DNA of 64,000 nucleotides, from NCBI GenBank assembly GCA_965261975.1, contig CBDHEC010000024.1, positions 39,763-103,762 on the forward strand, written 5' to 3'. Under the pieces are notes generated by a model. That model was not told the origin of the DNA and made no database searches. It saw only the letters and a program-made list of their open reading frames with translations. The position numbers were made by a program, and so were the translations under genes. Within the stretch, counting starts at the first letter, position 1; each line of letters starts with the position of its first letter. Shown here one piece after another: positions 29,337 to 38,811 of this stretch. Origin of the DNA: Alphaproteobacteria bacterium. Lineage in GTDB: Bacteria; Pseudomonadota; Alphaproteobacteria; UBA6615.

Positions 29337-30904
29337 ATGACCAACAACACCGTCACCGTCGACATGTCGACCAGCCCCGCGACCCTCACCTATGCGGACC
29401 GGTTCAACGTGGCCGTGCCTTTCATCGACCGGCATCTGGCCGAGGGCCGGGGCGAGAAGGTGGCGATCCGGAACGACGACGGCGACACGACCTACGCCGC
29501 ACTGGCCGAGGCGGTAAACCGGGCGGGCAATGCGCTGGCCGACCTGGGCCTCGCGCAAGGCGACCGGGTGATCCTGGCCATCAAGGACAGTCCCGCCTTC
29601 TTCTTCGCCTTCTGGGGCGCGATCAAGGCGGGCTTCGTGCCCGTGCCCGTGAACACGCTGCTGCGCGCGGGCGACCACCAGTTCATCATCGAGGATTCGG
29701 GTGCCGCCTGCGTGATCTGGTCGCCGGAATTCGCCGAGACCATGCAGCCGGCAATCGCCGCGGCGGCCCCGGCCCATAACTTCCCGACCGAGGGCGCCGA
29801 CGACAGCCTCGCCGCGCGCATGGCCGCGGCCTCATCCGAACTTGAGGCCGCCCCCGCCACAGCCGATGCCGACTGCTTCTGGCTCTACACGTCCGGTTCC
29901 ACCGGCACGCCCAAGGGCGCTGTCCATGCCCACCGGGACATGGTGGTGACCAGCCAGTATTACGGGGTCGAGACCCTGGGCATCACGGCCGACGACATTC
30001 ATTTCTCCGCCGCCAAGCTGTTCTTCGCTTACGGGCTCGGCAATGCCATGACCATGCCGCTGTGGACCGGCGGCCAGGCGGTGCTGTTCGCCGGGCGGCC
30101 GACGCCGGACATCATGGCCGACCATATCGAACGCTACCGCCCGACGCTCTATTACGCGGTGCCCACCCTGTTCGCCGCCCAGCTCCACGCACTCGAGGCG
30201 GGCGACGCGGACTTCTCGAGCCTGCGGGCGTGTGTCTCGGCGGGCGAGCCCCTGCCCGCCACGTTGTTCGAACGCTGGCGCGACCAGACCGGCCTCACCA
30301 TCCTCGACGGGATCGGCACGACGGAGATCCTGCACATCTTCATCGGCAACGGCCCCGACGATGCCAAGGCGGGGACCAGCGGCAAACTGGTGCCCGGCTA
30401 CGAGGCGCGGATCGTCGACGACGCGGACCAACCCGTCGCCACGGGCGAGATCGGCAACCTGCTGATCCGGGGCGATTCCGTGACCTCGCGCTACTGGAAC
30501 CAGCCCGAGCGCACGGCCGCGGCCATCACCGACGGCTGGATCCGCACCGGCGATTCCTACTCGCTCGACGACGACGGCTACTTCACCTGCCAGGGGCGCA
30601 GCGACGACATGCTCAAGGTGGGCGGCATCTGGGTCTCGCCGGTGGAGATCGAGGCGCGGCTGGTCGCCCATGACGCGGTGCTGGAAGCCGCGGTCATCGG
30701 CCGGCCCGACGACGAGGAACTGATCAAGCCCGAGGCGTTTGTGATTTTGAAGGATGCCGGCGACGCGTCGGACACGCTCGCGGAAGACCTCAAGACCTTC
30801 TGCCAGGAAGAGCTCGCTCGCTACAAGTACCCGCGCTGGGTGCATTTCGTGGACGAGCTGCCGAAGACCGCGACGGGGAAAATCCAGCGGTTCAAGCTAA
30901 GGGG

Positions 30905-30908
<4 letters not shown>
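29337..30908 (+). CDS. bclA: benzoate-CoA ligase family protein
   Basis: AMP-binding motif LYTSGSTGTPKG and C-terminal KTATGKIQRFKLR. 523 aa. Immediately follows boxB. Confidence 0.8.
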
Positions 30909-31605
<697 letters not shown>

Positions 31606-31606
<1 letters not shown>

Positions 31607-32382
31607 CAGCCCGCCTCCTCGCTTGCGTCATCGCCGAGATAGGCCGCGCGCACCGACGCGTCGTTGCGAATTTCTTCCGGCGTGCCCGTGGCGATCGCCT
31701 TGCCATACACCAGCACGGTGATCCGGTCGGCGAGCGCAAACACCGCATCCATATCGTGCTCGACCAAGAGCATCGTGTAGTCGCCCTTCAGCGCCTTGAG
31801 GAAGTCGATCATCCCCTGGCTCTCCTCGGGCCCCATTCCCGCCATGGGTTCGTCGAGGAGCAGGAAGGTCGGGTTGGTCGCCAGCGAGATCGCGATCTCG
31901 AGCTGGCGTTGCTCACCATGGGCGAGGTTGCCGGCGGTCACGTCCATCCGGTCAGCCAGGCCGACACGCTCGAGGAGGTCCCGCGCGGGCCCGCGCAGGC
32001 TCTCGTCGCGCGCGGCGGGCCGCCAGAAGCGGAAGCTATGCCCCTGCCCGGCCTGGACGGAAAGCATGACATTCTCCAGCACCGTGAAGTCGCGGAAGAT
32101 GCTGGTGATCTGAAACGACCGGGCCAGGCCCTGGTTTACCCGGGCGGGGGCCGACAGGCGGGTGATATCGCGGCCCTCGAACAGGATTTCGCCCCCGTCG
32201 GGCTTCATGATGCCCGAGAGGAGATTGACGAACGTCGTCTTGCCGGCGCCGTTGGGACCGATGACCGCATGGATCTCGCCGCGGGTGGCCTCCAGCGACA
32301 GGTTGTCGGTCGCGACCAGGCCGCCGAAGCTCTTCTGCAGGCCGCGGGCCTCCAGGCTTATGCTCGCGCGCGCATCATTCAT
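31606..32382 (-). CDS. livG: Liv-type ABC transporter ATP-binding protein (LivG-like)
   Basis: Walker A GPNGAGKTT, LAHGEQRQLE, Walker B LLLDEPMAGM. Confidence 0.9.
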
Positions 32383-33331
32383 CGCGGGATGACCTCGGCG
32401 TCAGCAGCCCGTGGATGCCGCCGCGCGCGAACAGCACGACCAGCACCAGGAACGGCCCGAAGATGATGTGCCAGTGGATCGTCCAGGTGGACAGGATCTC
32501 CGACAGCATGAGGAAGACGAAGGCCCCCGTGACCGGGCCGAACAGGGTCGACATGCCGCCCAGCACCACCATGAAGATGAGCTCGCCCGAGCGCGGCCAG
32601 TTCATCATGTCGGGCGAGACGAAACGCTCGAAATTGGCCTGCAGCAGCCCGGCAATGCCGCACATCACCCCGGCGATGACGAAGGCGGTGAGGCGGTATC
32701 GGTAGGTCGAGACACCGACCGCCTGGACGCGCGTGTCGTTGGATTTCGCCGCCCGCATGACCACGCCGAAGCGGGAATGGATAATCTTCCAGCTGATGAA
32801 CACGCTCGCCACCAGGAACGCGAAGATCGTGTAGTACATGGTCAGCTTGTCGTTCAGATCGAAGAAGCCGAGCCCGAAGTCGCTGCGCGAGAGAATGTTC
32901 AGCCCGTCGTCGCTGCCGTAGCGCTCCGCGCTGACGCTCAGGAAGAAGATCATCTGGGCGAGCGCAAGCGTAATCATGATGAAATAGACACCGCGGGTCC
33001 GCAGGCTGATCGCGCCGAAGATGAGCGAGATCATGGCGCAAAGCCCGATGGCCACCGGCCACTGGATCCACGCACTGGTGATGCCATGGAAGGCGAGGAT
33101 GCCGATCGTGTAGCCGCCGATCCCCAGATAGACCGCATGACCGAAGCTGATCATGCCGCCATAGCCCATGATCAGGTTGAGGCTGACCGCCGCAATCGCC
33201 CAGATCATGATCCGCGCGAAGACGATGACATAGAAGGGCTCGCCCAGCGCGGGTGCGAGGAAGGGCACGACCGCGAACAGGGCGATCACGATGACGGTCA
33301 GGATGTTCGCCGGGTTTTTCAGGTTCTCCAT
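32375..33331 (-). CDS. livM: Liv-type ABC transporter permease (LivM-like)
   Basis: 318 aa, polytopic. GMISFGHAVYLGIGGY motif. Confidence 0.85.
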   Translation of the reverse strand: MENLKNPANILTVIVIALFAVVPFLAPALGEPFYVIVFARIMIWAIAAVSLNLIMGYGGMISFGHAVYLGIGGYTIGILAFHGITSAWIQWPVAIGLCAMISLIFGAISLRTRGVYFIMITLALAQMIFFLSVSAERYGSDDGLNILSRSDFGLGFFDLNDKLTMYYTIFAFLVASVFISWKIIHSRFGVVMRAAKSNDTRVQAVGVSTYRYRLTAFVIAGVMCGIAGLLQANFERFVSPDMMNWPRSGELIFMVVLGGMSTLFGPVTGAFVFLMLSEILSTWTIHWHIIFGPFLVLVVLFARGGIHGLLTPRSSRDE

Positions 33332-33336
33332 GGCCC

Positions 33337-34260
33337 CTACCCCGCGCCCTTGGGCGGGAAAAGGCCCTGGGGCCTGAAGAACAGGATCGCGGCCATCAGG
33401 ATGTAGATCATCATCGATGACAGGGCCGGCCCGGCGGATTCCGCCGCGTTTTCCGGCAGGAACAGCAGCAGGAACACGTCGAGGAATGACCGCCCCATCG
33501 TGTCGATCACGCCGGTGACGATGGAGGCGATGAAGGCGCCGCGGATCGAGCCGATGCCGCCGATCACGATCACCACGAAGGCAAGAATGAGTACATCCTC
33601 ACCCATGCCGATCTGGGCCGCGGTGATGGGGGTGATGATCAACCCGGCGAGGCCGGCCAGCACGGCGCCGATGCCGAAGACGATGGAGAACAGCAGCGGG
33701 ATGTTGACGCCCAGCGCGCCCGCCATGGTGCGGTTCGACGCACCCGCGCGGATCAGCATGCCGATCCGGGTGCGGGATACGAGGATATAGAGGCCCAGCG
33801 CGACCAGCAGGCCGATGACGATGATGACGATCCGGTAGACCGGATAGGTGATCGCGCCCAATGCGACCGAGCCATCGAGGAATGCCGGCAACGGCACGAC
33901 GAGGCCCTCCGGGCCCCAGATCAGGCGGGTCGCCTCGTTGAAAAACAGAATGAGACCGAAGGTGGCCAGCACATGGTCGAGATGATCACGCGGATAGAGC
34001 GTCCGCAGGGTAGTCATCTCGACGACGATGCCGATGATCAGCATGGCCGGGATCATCACGATCACGCCGATGATGAAGGAGCCGGTGAGCAGGGCGATGG
34101 AGCCACCGACGAAGGCGCCGATCATGAACATCGACCCGTGGGCCAGGTTCACCAGGTCCATGATCCCGAACACCAGGGTCAGCCCTGCCGCCATCAGGAA
34201 CAGGATGATCCCGAGCTGAAACCCGTTCAGGAATTGTTCGGTGAGGAGGACGTAATCCAT
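33337..34260 (-). CDS. livH: Liv-type ABC transporter permease (LivH-like)
   Basis: 307 aa, polytopic. VNLAHGSMFMIGAF motif. Confidence 0.85.
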   Translation of the reverse strand: MDYVLLTEQFLNGFQLGIILFLMAAGLTLVFGIMDLVNLAHGSMFMIGAFVGGSIALLTGSFIIGVIVMIPAMLIIGIVVEMTTLRTLYPRDHLDHVLATFGLILFFNEATRLIWGPEGLVVPLPAFLDGSVALGAITYPVYRIVIIVIGLLVALGLYILVSRTRIGMLIRAGASNRTMAGALGVNIPLLFSIVFGIGAVLAGLAGLIITPITAAQIGMGEDVLILAFVVIVIGGIGSIRGAFIASIVTGVIDTMGRSFLDVFLLLFLPENAAESAGPALSSMMIYILMAAILFFRPQGLFPPKGAG

Positions 34261-34343
34261 CGCGCCCTAGCAGCTAACGGCAGCGGACATGCAAGCGGGG
34301 ATGCCTACGCATCCCCGCCCACAGGTTTCAGATAGCCGTGTGC

Positions 34344-35516
34344 CTACATCTTGCACTGGCTGGCATAGGGGTCCTGATGATCGGTCAGAACCGCACGGCC
34401 CACGGCGGTGGTCCAGTTGCCTTCGGCATCCTTGACCACGGTTCGCTCGTAGAAGTTCTGGATGGGGAAGTGATTGTTGCCCATCTTGAAGTCACCGCGG
34501 ATCGAATCGAAGTCTGCCTTCTTCAGCGCGGCGCGCATCCCGTCGGTATTGCCGATATCGCCGCTCACGGCCTCGACCGCCGACTTGATGAACATGATCG
34601 AGTCGTAGCTCTGCGCGGCATAGAAGGACGGGTAACGCCCATACTTCTTGCGGAAGTCGCCAACGAACTTCTTGTTCGCCGCATTGTCCAGATCAGGTGC
34701 CCAGAACTGGGTCATCTTGGTGCCCAGCACGGTCTCCATGCCGGCCTTCTGGAACAGCGGCAGGCTGATCGAATCCAGCGTGTAGACCGAGTAGAGCGGC
34801 ACCTGGCCCTCGAGCCCCGCCTGCTGATACTGCTTGATGAAGGCCGGTCCGGCCGGACCAGGATAGAAGGTGAAGACACCGTCCGGCTTGGCCGCCTTGA
34901 CCTTGGACAGCTCGGCCGACCAGTCCCGCTGGGACGGCCAGACGGTCATGTCCTTGCCGACGACCTTGCCCTTGAAGGTGCGTTCGACGCCCGCGACCAT
35001 GTTCTGGCCGGCGGCATAGTTCGGCGCGACCAGGTAGAGGGACTCGACCCCCTGCTGGTTGAGCAGTTCACCGAGCGCCATCGGGGTCTGGTCATTCTGC
35101 CAGGCGATGTTGAAGAAGTTCGCATTGCACTGCGCACCGGCGAGCGGCGACGGCCCCGCATTGGCGCTGATCAGGATCTTGTCGGCGTTGAGCACGACGG
35201 GTGCAGAGGCAAGCAACACGTTCGACCAGATGTAACCGGCGACGATGTCGACATCGTCGCGCAACACCAGGCGCTCGGTCGCTTGTTTGCCTTTCTGCGA
35301 ATTGAACTCATCGTCAGCGTAGACGATCTCGACATCCTCGCCGGCCATCTTGCCACCGATATGTTCCATCGCCAGTTCGACGGCATCGCGCATGTCCTTG
35401 CCGATGACCGCCACGGGCGTCGTCAGCGTGGTCACGAAACCGATCTTGATATCCGCAGCAGCCGGTGACGCCAGAAGCGTCAGGGCCGTGGCTGTTCCCA
35501 GTAATTTCTTGAGCAT
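34344..35516 (-). CDS. ABC transporter substrate-binding protein (Leu/Ile/Val-binding fold)
   Basis: Start at Met73 of the track ORF, with GGAGGAG RBS. Signal peptide MLKKLLGTATALTLLASPAAA, then DIKIGFVTTLT. Confidence 0.85.
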   Translation of the reverse strand: MLKKLLGTATALTLLASPAAADIKIGFVTTLTTPVAVIGKDMRDAVELAMEHIGGKMAGEDVEIVYADDEFNSQKGKQATERLVLRDDVDIVAGYIWSNVLLASAPVVLNADKILISANAGPSPLAGAQCNANFFNIAWQNDQTPMALGELLNQQGVESLYLVAPNYAAGQNMVAGVERTFKGKVVGKDMTVWPSQRDWSAELSKVKAAKPDGVFTFYPGPAGPAFIKQYQQAGLEGQVPLYSVYTLDSISLPLFQKAGMETVLGTKMTQFWAPDLDNAANKKFVGDFRKKYGRYPSFYAAQSYDSIMFIKSAVEAVSGDIGNTDGMRAALKKADFDSIRGDFKMGNNHFPIQNFYERTVVKDAEGNWTTAVGRAVLTDHQDPYASQCKM

Positions 35517-35604
35517 TTTCAACTCCTCCCTAGAGATTTTCCCTATGAGACCATATCGCCCGACCGATGGAAAGCGCCGTGCGTGTCCGTCTTTCGGGGG
35601 AGTT

Positions 35605-36006
35605 CTATTTTTGCGGCAAAACCGCTGTCGCCTCGATCTCGACTCGCGCGCGATCTTCCACCAGCGCGGACACCTCGACGACCGACATGGCGGGGAAATG
35701 ACGGCCCATGACCGACCGGTAGAACCCACCAACCCCCTTTGGGTTCTCCAGGTAAGCCTGCTTGTCGGTCACGAACCATGTCAGGCGGGTGATATGTTCG
35801 GGAAGGCCACCCGCCTCGGCCAGGACCGCGCGCACATTCTCCAGCGCCTGGCCGACCTGGGCGGCGAAATCGTCGGTCTCGAAGTGACCCGTCTCGGGGT
35901 TCCAGCCAATCTGGCCGCCGACAAATACGAGGCGCCCCGTCGCCGCCATGCCGTTGGCATAGCCTTTCGGCGGCACCCAGTTTTCCGGTTGAAGAATCTC
36001 GATCAT
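35605..36006 (-). CDS. ridA: RidA (YjgF/UK114) family protein
   Basis: Start at Met27 of the track ORF. 133 aa. VFVGGQIGWNPETG and the C-terminal ARVEIEATAVL are typical of the family. Confidence 0.8.
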   Translation of the reverse strand: MIEILQPENWVPPKGYANGMAATGRLVFVGGQIGWNPETGHFETDDFAAQVGQALENVRAVLAEAGGLPEHITRLTWFVTDKQAYLENPKGVGGFYRSVMGRHFPAMSVVEVSALVEDRARVEIEATAVLPQK

Positions 36007-36023
36007 CGCGCTTGATATTTCAT

Positions 36024-36057
36024 CTCTATATATTTTAATTCTAAAATAATAATAGAG
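36024..36057. promoter_or_regulatory. AT-rich palindromic operator candidate in the ridA / SDR-marR divergent promoter region
   Basis: TATTTTA-ATTC-TAAAATA is a perfect 7-bp inverted repeat (36031-36048), flanked by CTCTA...TAGAG. It sits in a roughly 50-nt block of very low GC. Confidence 0.5.
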
Positions 36058-36074
36058 CGGAGCACAAGCGTAGG

Positions 36075-36854
36075 ATGACCACACCCCTGGACGGGAAACT
36101 GGCGATTGTTACCGGCGGCGGGCGCGGCATCGGCCGCGAAATCGCGCTGGCCCTCGCCAAGCGCGGCGCCAATATCGCGCTGCTCGGCCGTACCGAGCGC
36201 AGCCTCAAGGAGACCGCCGTCGAGATTCGCCTGCAGTCCGAGGTCTCGCCCCATGTGCATACGCTCGACGTCACCAACGGCGATGGTGTCGTGCAGACGT
36301 TCACGGAGCTGATCGCCGAACTGGGCCCACCCGCCATCCTGGTCAACAACGCGGGTGGTGCCGAGAGCACACCGTTCACGCGGCTCGACCGGGAAAGCTG
36401 GGACGGAGCATTGGCTCTCAACCTGACCAGCGTCTACGCCTGCACGCACGCGGTCCTCCCCGCCATGCTCGACGCAGGCTATGGGCGAATCATCAACATC
36501 GCATCGACCGCGGGGCTGGAAGGCTACCCCTATGTGGCCGCCTATTGCGCCGCCAAGCACGGTGTCGTCGGCCTGACCCGGTCGCTGGCGCTTGAAGTCG
36601 AGAACAAGGGAATTACCGTCAACGCCGTGTGCCCCGGCTATACGGACACCGAAATGCTGCAGGCGGCCATCCGCAAGATCGCCGCGACCACCGGCCGGTC
36701 CGAAGCCGACGCGCGCGACGAACTCGCGGCCGCCAACGCCGGCGGGCGCCTGGTCCAGCCGGGTGAAGTTGCGGAGATGGTCGCAGCCCTGTGCGGCCCG
36801 GCGGCGAAAACGGTGACAGGACAGGCGATTGAAATCACCGGCGAGGATTCGTGA
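36075..36854 (+). CDS. SDR family oxidoreductase (FabG / 3-hydroxyacyl-CoA dehydrogenase-like)
   Basis: TGGGRGIGREIA cofactor motif, NNAG, catalytic YVAAYCAAK (YxxxK). Confidence 0.85.
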   Translation: MTTPLDGKLAIVTGGGRGIGREIALALAKRGANIALLGRTERSLKETAVEIRLQSEVSPHVHTLDVTNGDGVVQTFTELIAELGPPAILVNNAGGAESTPFTRLDRESWDGALALNLTSVYACTHAVLPAMLDAGYGRIINIASTAGLEGYPYVAAYCAAKHGVVGLTRSLALEVENKGITVNAVCPGYTDTEMLQAAIRKIAATTGRSEADARDELAAANAGGRLVQPGEVAEMVAALCGPAAKTVTGQAIEITGEDS

Positions 36855-37348
36855 TGCCCGACGGCGTTCCTCAAGGTGATCTCGAGACAGGCCTGACGGC
36901 CGACGATCGGCTCGACCTGCGGACCTGGTTGCGCCTGATGACCTGCACCAACATGATCGAGGGTGAAGTCCGCGCCCGGTTGCGCAGCCGTTTCGACATT
37001 TCAATCGCCCGCTTCGACTTGCTTGCCCAGCTCGACCGGGCGAATGGCGGCCTCACCATGGGCGAACTGTCGCGTCGCCTGATGGTCACCAACGGCAACG
37101 TCACATCGCTGATCGATCGCCTCGTCGAGGAGAAGATGGTCACCCGGCGCCCGGACCCGAACGACAGGCGGGCGCAGATCATCGAGCTCACGCCCGGCGG
37201 CGCACGGGCCTTCGCGAAGATGTCGGATGCCCATGCCGACTGGATCAGCACGCTCTTCGAGGGTGTCGACCGGAGGAGCCTCGAAGCGCTCTATCGTAAT
37301 CTCGCCCAGCTCAAGGCGTCCCTCGCCACCACCAACGAGGACAGCTGA
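36851..37348 (+). CDS. MarR family transcriptional regulator
   Basis: 165 aa. Winged-helix region MGELSRRLMVTNGNVTSLIDRLVEEKMVTRRPDPNDRRAQIIELTPGG. 4-nt overlap with the SDR gene. Confidence 0.85.
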   Translation: MMPDGVPQGDLETGLTADDRLDLRTWLRLMTCTNMIEGEVRARLRSRFDISIARFDLLAQLDRANGGLTMGELSRRLMVTNGNVTSLIDRLVEEKMVTRRPDPNDRRAQIIELTPGGARAFAKMSDAHADWISTLFEGVDRRSLEALYRNLAQLKASLATTNEDS

Positions 37349-37350
37349 TC

Positions 37351-38811
37351 ATGTGGCGCCCGCCCGAACGTATCCGCTGGGAGCCCGACCCCGGGGAATG
37401 GCCGGCCGCAGACGAAGCCGGCGCCGCGATGCTGTTCCAGCCGGTTGATATCGGCCCCATCGCGCTGGATTCCCGCACCTGGGTCCCCGCCATGGTGCCA
37501 TGGCGGGCAACCGGCGAGGGCGAGGTGACCGACAATGTGCTCGACTGGTATGGCCGCTTCGCGCGCGGGCGCCCCGGCGCCATCGTCGTCGAAGCGACGG
37601 GCATCCGGGATATTCCCTCGGGGCCGCTGTTGCGGATCGGAGATGATCGCTACATTCCCGGACTGACCAGGCTCGCCGAGACCGTCCGCCGGGAGAGCGA
37701 CGGCCACACGAAGCTGTTTATCCAGCTGATCGACTTCCTCGCCGTCCGCCGCCGCCCCGACCCGGCAAAATATTTCGAGCGATTCCTCGCGATCACCGAC
37801 CGGCACCGCGATGCATTGAATGCAAGTGACTGGCCCGAAGAGACAATCCGCACCCACCTGGCGGGCCTGCCCGAGGACGAGCTCGCCGATGTGCTCACCC
37901 CGCGCGAACGCGAATCCCTGCACCAGGGCTACCGCGAGCGGGTGACCGATACCGACCTGCCCCAGATCGCCGAATTGCCCTTCGTCCTGCCCGGGCTGTT
38001 CGCCGATGCCGCCCGGCGCGCGCGCGAGGCCGGGTTCGACGGGGTCGAGCTGCATTACGCCCACGCCTACACCATGGCCTCGTTCCTCTCGGCCCTGAAC
38101 ACCCGCGCGGACGGCTATGGCGGATCGCGCGAGAACCGCGCGCGGCTGCCGCTCGAGGTGTATGCCGCCGTGCGCGCCGCCGTGGGCGAGGATTACGTGG
38201 TCGGCACGCGGTTTCTGGCCGAAGACTGCATCGACGGCGGCAACGAGGTCGTGGATGCCGCCTATTTCGGGTCGGCGTTTGCGCGCGCCGGCTTCGATGT
38301 GCTGTCGCTATCGCGCGGCGGCAAGTTCGAGGATGCCAAGCGGCCGGCGGTGGGCCAGGCGGCCTATCCCTACACGGGCCCCAGCGGATACGAGTGCATG
38401 CCGCAATATATCTCCGACGCGCGGGGGCCGTTTGGCCGAAACATCGAGCCCGTGTCGGCGATCCGCAAGGCGGTGCGCGACGCGGGCTGCGGTACGCCGG
38501 TGGTCCTGACCGGCGGCATCCACGGGTTCCGCCAGGCCGAGGATATCCTGCAGGCGGACCAGGCCGATATCATCGGCTTCGCCCGCCAGAGCCTCGCCGA
38601 CCCGGACTGGTTCCGGAAGGTCCGCGGCGGTCATGGCGGGGCGGTCCGGGTGTGTGAGTACACGAACTACTGCGAGGCACTGGACCAGAAGCATGTGCCC
38701 GTCACCTGCCAGCTGTGGGACCGGAAAAACCTGGACGAACCCGGCATCGCCAAGACGGAAGACGGCAAGCGGCGGTTGGTCGCCCCCGAATGGGAGCCGA
38801 ACGACAGCTAG
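37351..38811 (+). CDS. atypical NADH:flavin oxidoreductase (OYE / 2,4-dienoyl-CoA reductase-like TIM barrel)
   Basis: LFQPVDIGPIAL start of the barrel, AGFDGVELHYAHAY, RADGYGGSRENRARL, and GFARQSLADPDW at the C-terminal end. The start may instead be Met27 (37429). Confidence 0.7.
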   Translation: MWRPPERIRWEPDPGEWPAADEAGAAMLFQPVDIGPIALDSRTWVPAMVPWRATGEGEVTDNVLDWYGRFARGRPGAIVVEATGIRDIPSGPLLRIGDDRYIPGLTRLAETVRRESDGHTKLFIQLIDFLAVRRRPDPAKYFERFLAITDRHRDALNASDWPEETIRTHLAGLPEDELADVLTPRERESLHQGYRERVTDTDLPQIAELPFVLPGLFADAARRAREAGFDGVELHYAHAYTMASFLSALNTRADGYGGSRENRARLPLEVYAAVRAAVGEDYVVGTRFLAEDCIDGGNEVVDAAYFGSAFARAGFDVLSLSRGGKFEDAKRPAVGQAAYPYTGPSGYECMPQYISDARGPFGRNIEPVSAIRKAVRDAGCGTPVVLTGGIHGFRQAEDILQADQADIIGFARQSLADPDWFRKVRGGHGGAVRVCEYTNYCEALDQKHVPVTCQLWDRKNLDEPGIAKTEDGKRRLVAPEWEPNDS

